Notes under the pieces: generated by a model
The model's input: the letters and a program-made list of their open reading frames with translations, nothing else
Told to the model about the DNA's origin: nothing
Databases searched by the model: none
Shown: in pieces, positions 1 to 12,830 of the stretch
How the letters are laid out: each line of letters opens with the position of its first letter
Position numbering within the stretch: position 1 is the stretch's first letter
From: Octopus bimaculoides
Lineage: Eukaryota
NCBI RefSeq assembly: GCF_001194135.2
Contig: NC_068996.1
Span: 9,378,128 to 9,442,127, forward strand
Direction of reading: 5' to 3'
DNA: 64,000 bases
Made by a program: the position numbers and the translations under genes

Positions 1-319
1 CCCCCTGTCACTGGCCTCCTCGTGACAGCCAACAAGGTGATTTTTGAGACCCAGCTAAAACTAATGAAACTCAAATGGCCGATGAAGAAGTGTTTCCGTT
101 GGTGAAACATATCAATTGTATTATTGATCTTGCATCAAAGTTGCATAAATTTTATCTTTTGCTTCTTTCAGTCATTGGACTGCAACCATGCAGTTGAGTA
201 CTTGTAACCTTTCATCCTTTTGGGGGTTGATAAAATAAGTACCAGTCACATACTGGGGTTGATCTAATTGACTGGCCCCCTTCCCCTCAAATTTCCTATA
301 GTAGAAAGGATTATTATTA

Positions 320-356
<37 letters not shown>

Positions 357-722
357 GGTGGCGAGCTGGCAGAATTGTTAGCATGTTGGACAAAATGCTT
401 AGCGGTATTTCGTCTGCCGTTACGTTCTGAGTTCAAATTCTGTCAAGGTCGACTAGACCCTTACCCTCAAGCTTCAGGCTTTGTGCCTCTAGTAGAAATA
501 ATAATAATAATTATTATTATCATTTTAAGGCAGCAAGCTGGCAGAATTTTTAGCACGCCAAGCAGAATGCTTAGTTGGCATTTCATCTGTCTTTACATTC
601 CGAGTTCAAATTCTGCCGAGGTCATCTTTGTCTTGCATCCTTTCAGGGTCTGTAAAATGAATACCAATTGAGTAAGCGAATAGCCCCCTCCTCCTAATTT
701 CAAGCCTATGCCAAAATAGATT
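357..722 (+). mobile_element. Two tandem tRNA-head SINEs, family B
   Basis: Heads GGTGGCGAGCTGGCAGAATTGTTAG (A-box-like) and GAGTTCAAATTC (B-box), each preceded by (ATT/ATA)n. Further copies at about 55613, 55825, 57165, 57507 and 58695. Confidence 0.8.
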
Positions 723-1465
723 ACCATTTTTATTATTATTGTTATACATTTAAAGTCAATTTTGTTTTTTGTCATTCTTTCATGTCAATGAACCTTGTGG
801 GTTGATTAAATTAACTATCACCGTTCCCTCAAATTTATGGACTTGTGCTTATGTTCATCATCATTTAACATCTGTTTTCCATGCTGGCATGAGTTGGATG
901 GTTCAACAGGAGCTGGTAAGGCCAGGAGCCACACCAGGTTCCGTTGTCTGTTTTTGGTTTGGTTTCTACAGTTTGATGCCCTTCCTAACATCGACAACTT
1001 TACAAAGTGTAACACGTGCTTTTTTTACATGACATCAGAAATTATTATTATTTATTAATTATTATGGGATCATTAAACTGGAAGAGTGAAGAATTGAAAA
1101 AAATTATTACAGCATTTTCAGCTCTTTACTTTCTGAGTTGAAATCCTACAGAAGCCATTTTTGCCTTTCTTTCTGGGTTGATAAAACATGGTACCAGTTG
1201 ATTACTTGAGTTTGACATAATAAATCTCTCTCCTACCAAAAAAAAAATGCCGGCCTTGAACCAAAATTAAGCCTACTCTGTCAAATGTAAAGCTTATGCA
1301 TTCACATCATTTTAAATCAATAATGCATTATTTCATAGCTTTGAGATTTCAATGATGTGATTGCTTATTTTTAAAATGACAGTATAGGATAGGTGTGAAA
1401 GGCCAGGTATGACCAGTTTGAAGATAGAACAGGTAAAATATTTTGGCTTGATATGGCTGGTTTAA

Positions 1466-1686
1466 CCCTTTAAGCATTCAGATTCATTTATCAACAATTA
1501 TGCTTATTTATTTACATTGTTTCAAATTAAATATGCTTATCTCATAGATTTGAGATGTCAATGATATGATTGTTTATTTTCTTTAATGACATTATAGGGT
1601 AGGTGCGAGAGACTAGATCTGGCCAATTTGAACGTAAAACAAGTGGAATATTTGGGCCGGATATGACTTGTTTAAATACTAAAGGG
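1466..1686 (+). mobile_element. piggyBac-type MITE (TTAA TSD), nested in another copy of the same family
   Basis: TTAA|CCCTTTAAGCATT ... AATACTAAAGGG|TTAA. The host copy starts at about 1275 and its remaining end (atgttagtgg) follows. Confidence 0.75.
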
Positions 1687-2269
1687 TTAAATGTTAGTGG
1701 TTTGAACCAATTACTAAGGATCAATTGATTCATAGAATTCATCATCAGCATCATTTAACATCCACTTTCCATGCTGGCTTGGGTTAGATGATTTGATTGG
1801 AACTGGTAAGTCAGGGAGCTGCATCAGGTTCCAGTCTGATTTGAAATGGTTTCTACAGCTGGAGGCTCTTCTTAAAGCCAACCACTCCAAGAGTGTGTTG
1901 GGTGCATTTTACGTGCCACTGACTGGGGTGCCATTTATACGACAATTACAATGGCCATGACTACAGTTTCACATGTACCATTTACACGACACTGGCAATG
2001 GCCATGACTGCGATTAGACAGAATACTTTGTTTACTATCTTCTCTGTTCTGAGTCCTAATCCTGCCAAGATGCTCATAAAGGTCTTCCATTTGCAGAGCT
2101 CATAAAATAAAAGTTATCAGTCGGACATAGTTACCTACAAAATTATGATTTTGGGCCTATGTTAGGCAGTAGTTGCAGTTTATGCAGTGCCTGAGTTAAT
2201 TGTAAAAGAGCAGATGGTCATATCAGGGACTTGCTGAATCAGAGTTGATCTGGATTACACACGCGCTAT

Positions 2270-2760
2270 CGCAGTGACCCACACATATTCAAACAACCAC
2301 AGCGATACACGTAGACACGTCACAGTAATCCTCACACGTGCAATCACAGCAAACTAAACACACTCACACACATTCACTCATATAATCGCAGCAACCCACA
2401 CATATGCAAACAACCACAACAATACGCATAGATACATCGTTGCAATCCATACACACACATGCAATCATAACAACCAAAGCACAGACACGTACACACACAC
2501 ACATTCATGCATATAATCACAGCAGCCCACACATGTACAATCACATCCACCCACATGTATACAATCACAGTGACCCACACATACCCTAAGAACTACAGTG
2601 ACACACTCTCATAATCACAGTGATCCACACATACAATCACAGCAAACTTAAAACACACACACATAATCACAGCAACCCATATGCATGCAGTCACAATAAT
2701 CTACACACACACACACACACAATATCACAGTGATATGAGCAGACAATCATGGTGACCCAT
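2270..2760. repeat. Degenerate AC-rich minisatellite, unit about 22-24 bp (AATCACAGYRACCCACACATAT)
   Basis: Recurrent aatcacag/cccacacat units running into an assembly gap. Confidence 0.7.
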
Positions 2761-3324
2761 NNNNNNNNNNNNNNNNNNNNNNNNNNNNNNNNNNNNNNNN
2801 NNNNNNNNNNNNNNNNNNNNNNNNNNNNNNNNNNNNNNNNNNNNNNNNNNNNNNNNNNNNNNNNNNNNNNNNNNNNNNNNNNNNNNNNNNNNNNNNNNNN
2901 NNNNNNNNNNNNNNNNNNNNNNNNNNNNNNNNNNNNNNNNNNNNNNNNNNNNNNNNNNNNNNNNNNNNNNNNNNNNNNNNNNNNNNNNNNNNNNNNNNNN
3001 NNNNNNNNNNNNNNNNNNNNNNNNNNNNNNNNNNNNNNNNNNNNNNNNNNNNNNNNNNNNNNNNNNNNNNNNNNNNNNNNNNNNNNNNNNNNNNNNNNNN
3101 NNNNNNNNNNNNNNNNNNNNNNNNNNNNNNNNNNNNNNNNNNNNNNNNNNNNNNNNNNNNNNNNNNNNNNNNNNNNNNNNNNNNNNNNNNNNNNNNNNNN
3201 NNNNNNNNNNNNNNNNNNNNNNNNNNNNNNNNNNNNNNNNNNNNNNNNNNNNNNNNNNNNNNNNNNNNNNNNNNNNNNNNNNNNNNNNNNNNNNNNNNNN
3301 NNNNNNNNNNNNNNATATATATAT

Positions 3325-3356
<32 letters not shown>

Positions 3357-4397
3357 ATATATATATATATATATAATCAAGGCAATATACACATTACAGC
3401 TCACATACTCATAATTATGGTGACTCACACACACAGATGAAATCATGGCAACTCACACACAGAAGCATCCAGACATACACACCAAGGCTTGAGGCACGTG
3501 TGCACACACACACACACACACACCACAAGCATCATATGCTCACACAAACATACATACACACACCACAGGGCATTCACACACAAAAAAAAACACACACACA
3601 CATGGATACATAGACACTCTTGCAAGTACATATGCACACTCACCATGTAAGAGTCTGACGAGACAGAGCACATCACATGATTTTGTGGGGACTTCCTGCT
3701 CGCTCGGTGGGTGGGTGAACAGAGGAGTTGTGAGTTGTTGCTAGTGGTGGTGGTGGGTGCTTAATTTAAATGTTTGGTTTGTTGCTGTTCCGTTGGGGGT
3801 GTGACTCGGGTGGTGGTGGTGGTGGTGGTGGAGGAGGAAGTAATTGTGCCTCCATCCCACTGCACCACCCACAGCGTTTAGTACCCAGGGTATAAGGAAG
3901 TGAGTCAGAGCAAGGGTATAACAAGGAAAATAGATACACACACACACACAGAGGAGTGATATGGCTGGGTTCAGGGTGTGTGTGTGTGTGGTGATGTTAA
4001 TCAAAGAAGAGGATGGAACTGTTTGTTAGAAATAATAAGATTTCCTAAACAGATGTATCAAACCAGTCAGTCGTCATGTCTAGTCATGTGTGCATGAATA
4101 TCTGTCAGTTGGTCAGAGGTTTCTCTGTAGACCACTTATCATTCGTCATGAGCATGAAAAGAGAACACTAAATATTTATTGTTTTGTTTTTTTTTTACTT
4201 TCTATTGCCACTAACCCTTCTTGGACAAGGCCCATAACTCTGTCTGTTTCAAGGTTATCTAACTGGAAATAGTTGAAGAAGGTTTGGGTTTTTTTTTTTT
4301 TTACCACTTACTTAGCTTACAGTTTAACTCTTTTGATATCAGCCCACCCAAGACCACCCCTACTTATTTCTATAGGACACATACTTCCTATTTTTAA

Positions 4398-4619
4398 CCC
4401 TTCACCATTTAAACTGGTTATATCCAAGCCAGATATTCTACCTGTTTTATGTACTACCAGGCCAAATCCAACCGTTCACATCTACCTCACAATGTCATTT
4501 TTAAAATAAGTGACCACGTCATTGAAATCTTGAAGCTACAAGATAATGTGTGCGATTGATTAAAATCAGTATGATTAAATAAGCAATACATTTGATAAAA
4601 TAATCTGAATACTAAAGGA
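4398..4619 (-). mobile_element. piggyBac-type MITE, same family
   Basis: TTAA|CCCTTCACCATTT ... AATACTAAAGGA|TTAA; body is the reverse complement of 1466-1686. Confidence 0.7.
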
Positions 4620-7159
4620 TTAAAGTGATCTAAGTTAAAATCTCAGGTTAATTTATGTTCCAAAAATACCAGCTTATTTTTCTGGATTCCTCATAGTTTC
4701 CAAAATCAAGTGTAATAAGAAGGTGTATTTCAAAAATAAATGCGGCCCCTATGAAAATGCATAAATTTGTTACAGTGCTTATTTCAGCAACATATCTAAA
4801 GTGAGCTAATTAGGGCATCACTAATTCATAGTTGTCATAACTTCCTTATGTGCCCCCCACCCAGACAAATCTGTGCACTTGGACCTGTTGTATTTTTTGT
4901 TGACAACAAGCCATAGTATATACATAAATCAGAACTGGGGCTGCTAGACCTGTGATGCCCCTGGGGAAACTACCCAGTGTGACTATGCCTTAGGATGGCC
5001 CTGATCTCTACATGGTCATTGCAACTGAAATAGCAATCAAATCTCCCTCAAATCACCAATACCCCCCAATGTCTAAGGAAGGAATGTATTCAATAACATG
5101 GTCATGGATTCCTTAAACACACATATGCATGCACACACACACACACACACACACACATACATGCGTGTGCACACACAAAAGTAAGTCACTGGTCGAACCC
5201 ATTTGATCACAAGACTGCTCTGTCATTGCTGGGTTGGGGTTAAACAGCAACAACAACAATATATTTTAATGCCAACAAATGAGATGGCCTTTAGGTGGTC
5301 ACTTATGCTGCTAGAGATAGCTGTCAAATCTCCCTCCAGCCACACCTTGGGTTGTTAAAGAAAGAAAGGACAATGCACTTTGTTAATGTGTAATTTCTAA
5401 GTTAATTGTATCTGAATAAATTAAGAGTGAATCACATTGTTGTTTGTGGGTCTGCTAGTGCTGCTTGAATTTAAACACCACTATCGCCACTCCCTCCTTT
5501 ACCACTTCTGCATCTTTTGGCCCCTCCCCCGTCACCACCATCCACTATCACAACTACTATCACAACCAACCACCACTACTACTACTACAGCTACTTCCAG
5601 TCTCTACTACTTCCCCATCACCACTACCTTCACTTCCTCTTCAACCATTAACCATCACCTATTCAACCTAATAGGGACATTTGATGCAGTCATATGACTG
5701 GCTAGAAATAGCAACCAAATCCCCTCTAAGTTACACCCTACCGTCTATTTAAAAAAAAAAATATATATANNNNNNNNNNNNNNNNNNNNNNNNNNNNNNN
5801 NNNNNNNNNNNNNNNNNNNNNNNNNNNNNNNNNNNNNNNNNNNNNNNNNNNNNNNNNNNNNNNNNNNNNNNNNNNNNNNNNNNNNNNNNNNNNNNNNNNN
5901 NNNNNNNNNNNNNNNNNNNNNNNNNNNNNNNNNNNNNNNNNNNNNNNNNNNNNNNNNNNNNNNNNNNNNNNNNNNNNNNNNNNNNNNNNNNNNNNNNNNN
6001 NNNNNNNNNNNNNNNNNNNNNNNNNNNNNNNNNNNNNNNNNNNNNNNNNNNNNNNNNNNNNNNNNNNNNNNNNNNNNNNNNNNNNNNNNNNNNNNNNNNN
6101 NNNNNNNNNNNNNNNNNNNNNNNNAGCATCGCTTGACAACGGATGCTGGTGTGTTTACATCCCTGTAACTTAGTAGTTTGGCAAAAGTGACTGATAGAAT
6201 AAGTACTAGGCTTACAAAGAATAAGTCCCGGGGTCGATTTGCTCGACTAAAAGCAGTGCTCCAGCATGGCCACAGTTACATGACTGAAACAAGTAAAAGA
6301 GTAAAAGAGAGTATAGATTGATACATACCTTATTTTAGTAGTCCTTCTTAGATAGCCCGTACCTGAAAAAATTGGTTAGTCATTGTTGGACTGTCCTTTT
6401 AATCCATAGGTCTGCTTCAACAAAGGCCATAAGTACTGAAAGGTACATTGGATAATGGATTCAAGATCTTGTTAAATTTCCTCCAACCACTTGAAGTATT
6501 TCAAACTTTCACCAAACTCCTTTTTTATTATTTTTATTTTCTACAATGATGTAATCTCTCTATTATTAATTTCTTGAGAAAACAAAATAAACTAAAAAAA
6601 CAAGTAATAATGTGATTATCATCACCTGTATGACAAAGACTACATTTTTTTGAAAATAATCTGTGAAAACTTGATATATTTCAAGTGGTTGTAAGGATTT
6701 TTAACAAGACCCTGGACTCCTAGATATACATCGTTTGAATAAATATAAGATGGGCTTACAAAAGCTGGAACATGGTAGACCCACTAGGTCAAGCTAACCA
6801 GGAACAAACATACCCTGATATTGGTGGTGCTGGTACTGGTTAACTAATTAGTCCTGTAGACTTTTTATGGTGAGGTGGGAGTGGAAAGGGGGTGAGAATT
6901 TTGAATTTATAGCAAGCATGCCATTTTCAAGACCATTAATGTCAATAAATAACGCCAGTCCATTTCCAAATTTACCAAATGGTGTGGTGGGGATGGTTGT
7001 AGCAGCAGCATTGGTGAAGGTGGTGAGGGATCATGATTTTCTCAGATATTTTATGCTAAAATTATCAAATTCTTTCCTCTCATTTGATCTCTCTCTCTCT
7101 CTCTCTCTCTCATCAATTACTTCTACTACCATGTTTGTGTGTGTGTGTGTATATATATA

Positions 7160-7607
7160 GGCACAGGGATGGCTGTGTGATAAGTAGCTTGCTTACCAAC
7201 CACATGGTCCCAAGTTCAGTCCCACTGTGTGGCACCTTGTGTGGCACCTTGTGTGGCACCTTGTGTGGCACCTTGTGTGGCACCTTGTGTGGCACCTTGT
7301 GTGGCACCTTGTGTGNNNNNNNNNNNNNNNNNNNNNNNNNNNNNNNNNNNNNNNNNNNNNNNNNNNNNNNNNNNNNNNNNNNNNNNNNNNNNNNNNNNNN
7401 NNNNNNNNNNNNNNNNNNNNNNNNNNNNNNNNNNNNNNNCTTGCTTACCAACCACATGGTCCCAAGTTCAGTCCCACTGTGTGGCACCTTGTGTGGCACC
7501 TTGTGTGGCACCTTGTGTGGCACCTTGTGTGAGTGTCTTCTGCTATAGCCTCAGACCAACCAAAGCCTTGAGTGGATTTGGTAGATGGAAACTGAAAGAA
7601 GTCCATC

Positions 7608-7656
<49 letters not shown>

Positions 7657-7888
7657 TATATATACATATATATGTATGTATGTATTTGTGTGTCTGTGTT
7701 TGTCCTCCACCATCACTTGACAAACGATGCTGGTGTGTTTATTTCCCCGTAACTTAGTGGTTTGGCAGAAGAGACAGATAGAATAAGTACTAGGCTTACA
7801 AAGAATAAGTCCTGGGGTCGATTTGTTCAACTAAAATGGCAGTGCTCCAGCATGGCCACAGTCAAATGACTGAAACAGGTAAAAGAGT
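7160..7888 (+). mobile_element. tRNA-head SINE, family A, with an internal 12-bp tandem expansion
   Basis: Head GGCTGTGTGATAAGTAGCTTG...AAGTTCAGTCCC, central (AT)n, tail CCAGCATGGCCACAGTCAAATGACTGAAAC. Confidence 0.85.
7226..7530 (+). repeat. 12-bp minisatellite (TGTGTGGCACCT)n
   Basis: At least 7 units before the gap and 4 after it. Confidence 0.95.
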
Positions 7889-8529
7889 ATGTATATTTTG
7901 TTTCAGTCATTAGACTGCAGCCATGCTAGGCATGTTTCATAGGGTTTAGTTGAACAAATCAACCACCATACTTTTTTTATTTCAGCTTGGTACTTATTCT
8001 ATCATTCTCTTTTTTCCGAACCGCTAAGTTATGAGGATGTAAACTAACCAACATTGATTGTCAAATGGTGGTGATGGTGGTAGTGGGGAACAAAGACACA
8101 CGCATACATCAAATCCACTCACTAGGCTTTGGTTGGCCTGGGGCTATAGTGAAAGATACTTGCTCAAGGTGCTGCACAGTGGAACTGAACCCAAAACCAC
8201 ATGGTTGGCAAGCAAACTTCTTACCACACAGCCATGTCTGCGCCTATTGAATTTTAAAGCATTTTTGGAATTGCAAACTCGGAGAGAGTAATTTTTCCCC
8301 TCCCCCTCCCCTATGTTGGCTGCAGCTCATTAGTTGCTGGCCCCTAGCATCGAAGGGCAGAACTAAATACTGCCAGGTATTTACTACATAAAGCAGTCTA
8401 CTATTCCAGCTAATTGTAATAAAAGCTTTTATTTTTACTTAATTACCACTACATAGCTTGTGTACATGATCACAAATTACTAAAAACATTGTTCTTACAG
8501 CTCTTTCACCCAGCATAGCACTTATATTT

Positions 8530-8575
<46 letters not shown>

Positions 8576-9141
8576 NNNNNNNNNNNNNNNNNNNNNNNNN
8601 NNNNNNNNNNNNNNNNNNNNNNNNNNNNNNNNNNNNNNNNNNNNNNNNNNNNNNNNNNNNNNNNNNNNNNNNNNNNNNNNNNNNNNNNNNNNNNNNNNNN
8701 NNNNNNNNNNNNNNNNNNNNNNNNNNNNNNNNNNNNNNNNNNNNNNNNNNNNNNNNNNNNNNNNNNNNNNNNNNNNNNNNNNNNNNNNNNNNNNNNNNNN
8801 NNNNNNNNNNNNNNNNNNNNNNNNNNNNNNNNNNNNNNNNNNNNNNNNNNNNNNNNNNNNNNNNNNNNNNNNNNNNNNNNNNNNNNNNNNNNNNNNNNNN
8901 NNNNNNNNNNNNNNNNNNNNNNNNNNNNNNNNNNNNNNNNNNNNNNNNNNNNNNNNNNNNNNNNNNNNNNNNNNNNNNNNNNNNNNNNNNNNNNNNNNNN
9001 NNNNNNNNNNNNNNNNNNNNNNNNNNNNNNNNNNNNNNNNNNNNNNNNNNNNNNNNNNNNNNNNNNNNNNNNNNNNNNNNNNNNNNNNNNNNNNNNNNNN
9101 NNNNNNNNNNNNNNNNNNNNNNNNNTATATATATATATATA

Positions 9142-10235
9142 TAAGGTTGAATAAAAAGTAAGCAATGTTTTGAATCATGAAGAACTTGTACTGGATTTTT
9201 GCATAGTTTGGAATTTTTTTAAACATTCTTTATTTTTTTTTTTTTTGCAATTGTCTGATAATACAGACATAGACGTGCCCAAATGCATCGATAAATCAAC
9301 ATTGATTGTCTTTTGCACTGTTGTTACAATCATCTGAAATGGAACTATCAAAGCATGATATTCAAGCAATTTTGCTATTCAACTTCAAAAAAAGATGTAA
9401 AAGCAGCTGAAACTGTTTGCAATATCAGCGAAACATTTGGTGAGGAAATGACCAGTGAGTGGTCAGCTCAAAAATGGTTTAAACAATTTTGCAGTGGAGA
9501 GCTGAGCCTTGAAGATTGTGAACATAGTGGACACCCATCTGTCATCGATGACGGTCAATTAAAGACTGTCATTGAGAAAAATCCACATAAAACCACACAA
9601 AAACTTGCAAAAGAACTTGAAGTTAGCCAGAAAACTGTCTGCAACCATTCGCATGCAATTGGAAAATCAAAAAAGCTCGATTTGAAAGAAAATCATAAAA
9701 TGCACAGATATGAAATTTGCTCCTCGCTTCTTCTCCGTAACCAGACCGATCCATTTCTTGACCATATCGTAACTTGTGATGAAAAGTGGATTCTGTACAA
9801 TAATAAAAATGTTCTTCACAGTGGTTGGACCAAAATGAAGCACTGAAAATCTTCCCTAAACCCAAGCTCTTCAAAAAGAAGGTCATGGTGACTGTTTGGT
9901 GGTGTACTGCTGGACTCATCCATTATAACTTCTAAAAACCCGGGAAAACCATTACTACAGAAATATATTCCATAAAATTGCCAAAATGGATGAAAAACTG
10001 GTACTCCTTCATCACAGACTGATCAACAGAAGAGGGCCAATCATTCTTCATGACAATGCTCAACCACACATTTCACTAATGACACTCCAGAAGTTGAGGA
10101 AACCTGGCTACAGAGTTTTTCTCCAGACCTTTCTCCTACCGATTACCACTTTTTCAAGCACCTTGATGGTTTCCTGTGAGAGAAGGAGTTCAAAAATGAA
10201 ACCAATGCTGAGAGTGCATTCAAAGTGTTCCTATA
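9142..10235 (+). mobile_element. Decayed mariner (DD34D, Hsmar1/SETMAR-like) transposon
   Basis: 5' TIR-like TAAGGTTGAATAAAAAGTAAGCAATGTTTT after (TA)n. Transposase pieces include the HTH region SAQKWFKQFCSGELSLED, FLDHIVTCDEKWILYNN, KKVMVTVWW, ILHDNAQPH and SPDLSPTDYHFFKHLDGFL. Frameshifts and stops present; 3' TIR not seen. Confidence 0.93.
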
Positions 10236-10322
10236 AATATTTACATATATCTATCTATATATATATACTTATATGTATACATACATACATACATACACAT
10301 ATATATATATATATATATATAT

Positions 10323-10494
10323 AGCCATGGCTGTGTGATAAGAAGCCTGCTTCCCAATTACATGGTTCCAGGTTCAGTCCTACTGTGTGTCACCTTGGGC
10401 AAGTATCTTCTACTATAGACTTAGGCTGACCAAAGACTTGTAAATGGATTTGGTAGATGGAAACTGAAAGAAGCCCACTGTGTGTGTGTTTGTG

Positions 10495-10529
<35 letters not shown>

Positions 10530-10665
10530 GCACACACACACACACGCATGCCTGTGTTTATCACCCACCACTACTTGACAACCAGTGTTGGTGTGTTTAC
10601 ATCCTTGTAACTTAACTTGGTAAAAGGCATAGCCACAGTCAGATGACTGAAACAAGTAAAAGAAT
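10323..10665 (+). mobile_element. SINE family A
   Basis: Same head, GGCAAGT core and tail as the other copies. Confidence 0.8.
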
Positions 10666-12326
10666 ACAAGAATATTATCATCATCATCATCATCGTTTAA
10701 CGTCCACTTTTCATGCTGGCATGGGTTAGACGGTTTGACTGAGGTCTGGTGAGCCAGTGGCTGCACTGAACTCCAATCTGATCTGGCAATGTTTCTACAA
10801 CTGGATGCCTTTCCTAACACCAACCACTCCAGGAGGGTAGTGGGTGTTTTTTTACATGCCACCAGCACAGGAACCAGTCAGGTGGCCCTGGCATCATTCT
10901 CGTTCGGATAGTGCTTTATATGCCACTTGGCATGGGAGCCAGTCAAACAGACCTGGCATCAACCGCATTCGGATGGTGCATTTTACCTGCCACCGGCATG
11001 GGAGCCAGTCAGTGAGCACTGGCCACGGCAATGATTTTGGTTTTATTTGACTTAACAGGTCTTCTCAAGCATATCATATCGCCCAATGCATCAAGGGTAC
11101 TTTTATATATATATATATATNNNNNNNNNNNNNNNNNNNNNNNNNNNNNNNNNNNNNNNNNNNNNNNNNNNNNNNNNNNNNNNNNNNNNNNNNNNNNNNN
11201 NNNNNNNNNNNNNNNNNNNNNNNNNNNNNNNNNNNNNNNNNNNNNNNNNNNNNNNNNNNNNNNNNNNNNNNNNNNNNNNNNNNNNNNNNNNNNNNNNNNN
11301 NNNNNNNNNNNNNNNNNNNNNNNNNNNNNNNNNNNNNNNNNNNNNNNNNNNNNNNNNNNNNNNNNNNNNNNNNNNNNNNNNNNNNNNNNNNNNNNNNNNN
11401 NNNNNNNNNNNNNNNNNNNNNNNNNNNNNNNNNNNNNNNNNNNNNNNNNNNNNNNNNNNNNNNNNNNNNNNNNNNNNNNNNNNNNNNNNNNNGGCACATA
11501 AAAGACACCATTTCGAGCGTGGCCGTTTTCGTGCGGGTGACACGTAAAAGCACCCACTACACTCTCTGAGTGGTTGGCGTTAGGAAGGGCATCCAGCTGT
11601 AGAAACTCTGCCAAATCAGACTGGAGCCTGGTGTTGCCATCCGGTTTCACCAGTCCTCAGTCAAATCGTCCAACCCATGCTAGCATGGAAAGCGGACGTT
11701 AAACGATGATGATGATGATGATGATATAGGTTATGTTCACCTGCTTTGAATTTAATTATGCTGAATAATTCAAACTATCTAATCTTGCCAGATATAACCA
11801 CCTCCCACTCAGTCATCCCCTTCACACACATATACACACGTGCACACGCACCCTCACACACACACACATAAAAATACACATACAGACACACACACCCGCA
11901 CCAGTATTCACATTCTTCTCTTTGTCAGTGGTGATATCTTCATTGTCCTCGCATTCCAAAGTCCTGGAGGCTAGAAACAGAACAGTTCATGCCACTGCCA
12001 CCACCACCACCACCACCACCACCATCAACAACAACAACTCCCTCCCTCCTTCCCCACCACACACACACCCACTTCAGAACTAGTTTGTTGCATACCGTCT
12101 CCACCCAGTTACACCTAGCCAATACTCACCTCGTGGTTGTCACCCCATATTATGTTGTGCTACCCATGCTCCAACCACACTACCTCCACCCCATGTATTT
12201 GTTTTCTGCTAATCCTTCTTCTCGAATTGTCTACACCAAGATGGGGTGGGAATCCTCTTTTATGTTGAGAGGTCGATTTTTTTTTTTGTTTTTGTTTTTT
12301 TTTTTAATATTTTGTTTAAAAAGTCC

Positions 12327-12830
12327 ACAGGCGCAGGCATGGTTGTGTGGTAAGAAGCTTGCCTCCCAAACACATAGCTCCTGGTTCAGTCCCACTGTGT
12401 GGTTGGGACCTTAGGCAACTGTCTTCTGCTATAGCGCCAGACCAACCAAAACCTGATGAGTGGATTTGGTAGGCAGAAACTGAAAGAACTGAACTAAGTC
12501 GGCAAGCTGGCAGAACCGTTAGCATGCCGGGCGAAATGCTTAGCGGTATTTTGTCTGCCATTACATTCTGAGTTCAAATTCCGCCGAGGTCAACTTTGCA
12601 TTTCAGCCTTTTGGGGTCATTAAATTAAGTACCAGTTACGCACTGGGGTCGATGTAACAGACTTAACCCCTTTGTCTGTCCTTGTTTGTCCCCTCTATGT
12701 TTAGCCCCTTATGGGCAATAAAGAAATAAGAAACTGAAAGAATCCTGTCATCTATATGCATGTGTTTGTATCTGCTTGACAACCGATGTCAGTGTGTTTA
12801 TGTCCCTGTGACTTAGCAACTCAGCAAAAG
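12327..12830 (+). mobile_element. SINE family A with a nested family B SINE (12489-12728)
   Basis: 14-bp TSD AGAAACTGAAAGAA at 12475-12488 and 12729-12742. Confidence 0.85.

Noticed and set aside
357-450. tRNA gene calls for SINE heads with A and B boxes
   Set aside because: No cloverleaf; they continue into multi-copy SINE bodies.
7113-7720. Repetitive ORFs (HKVP)n, (CGTL)n, (WHLV)n
   Set aside because: Translations of the 12-bp minisatellite inside a SINE.
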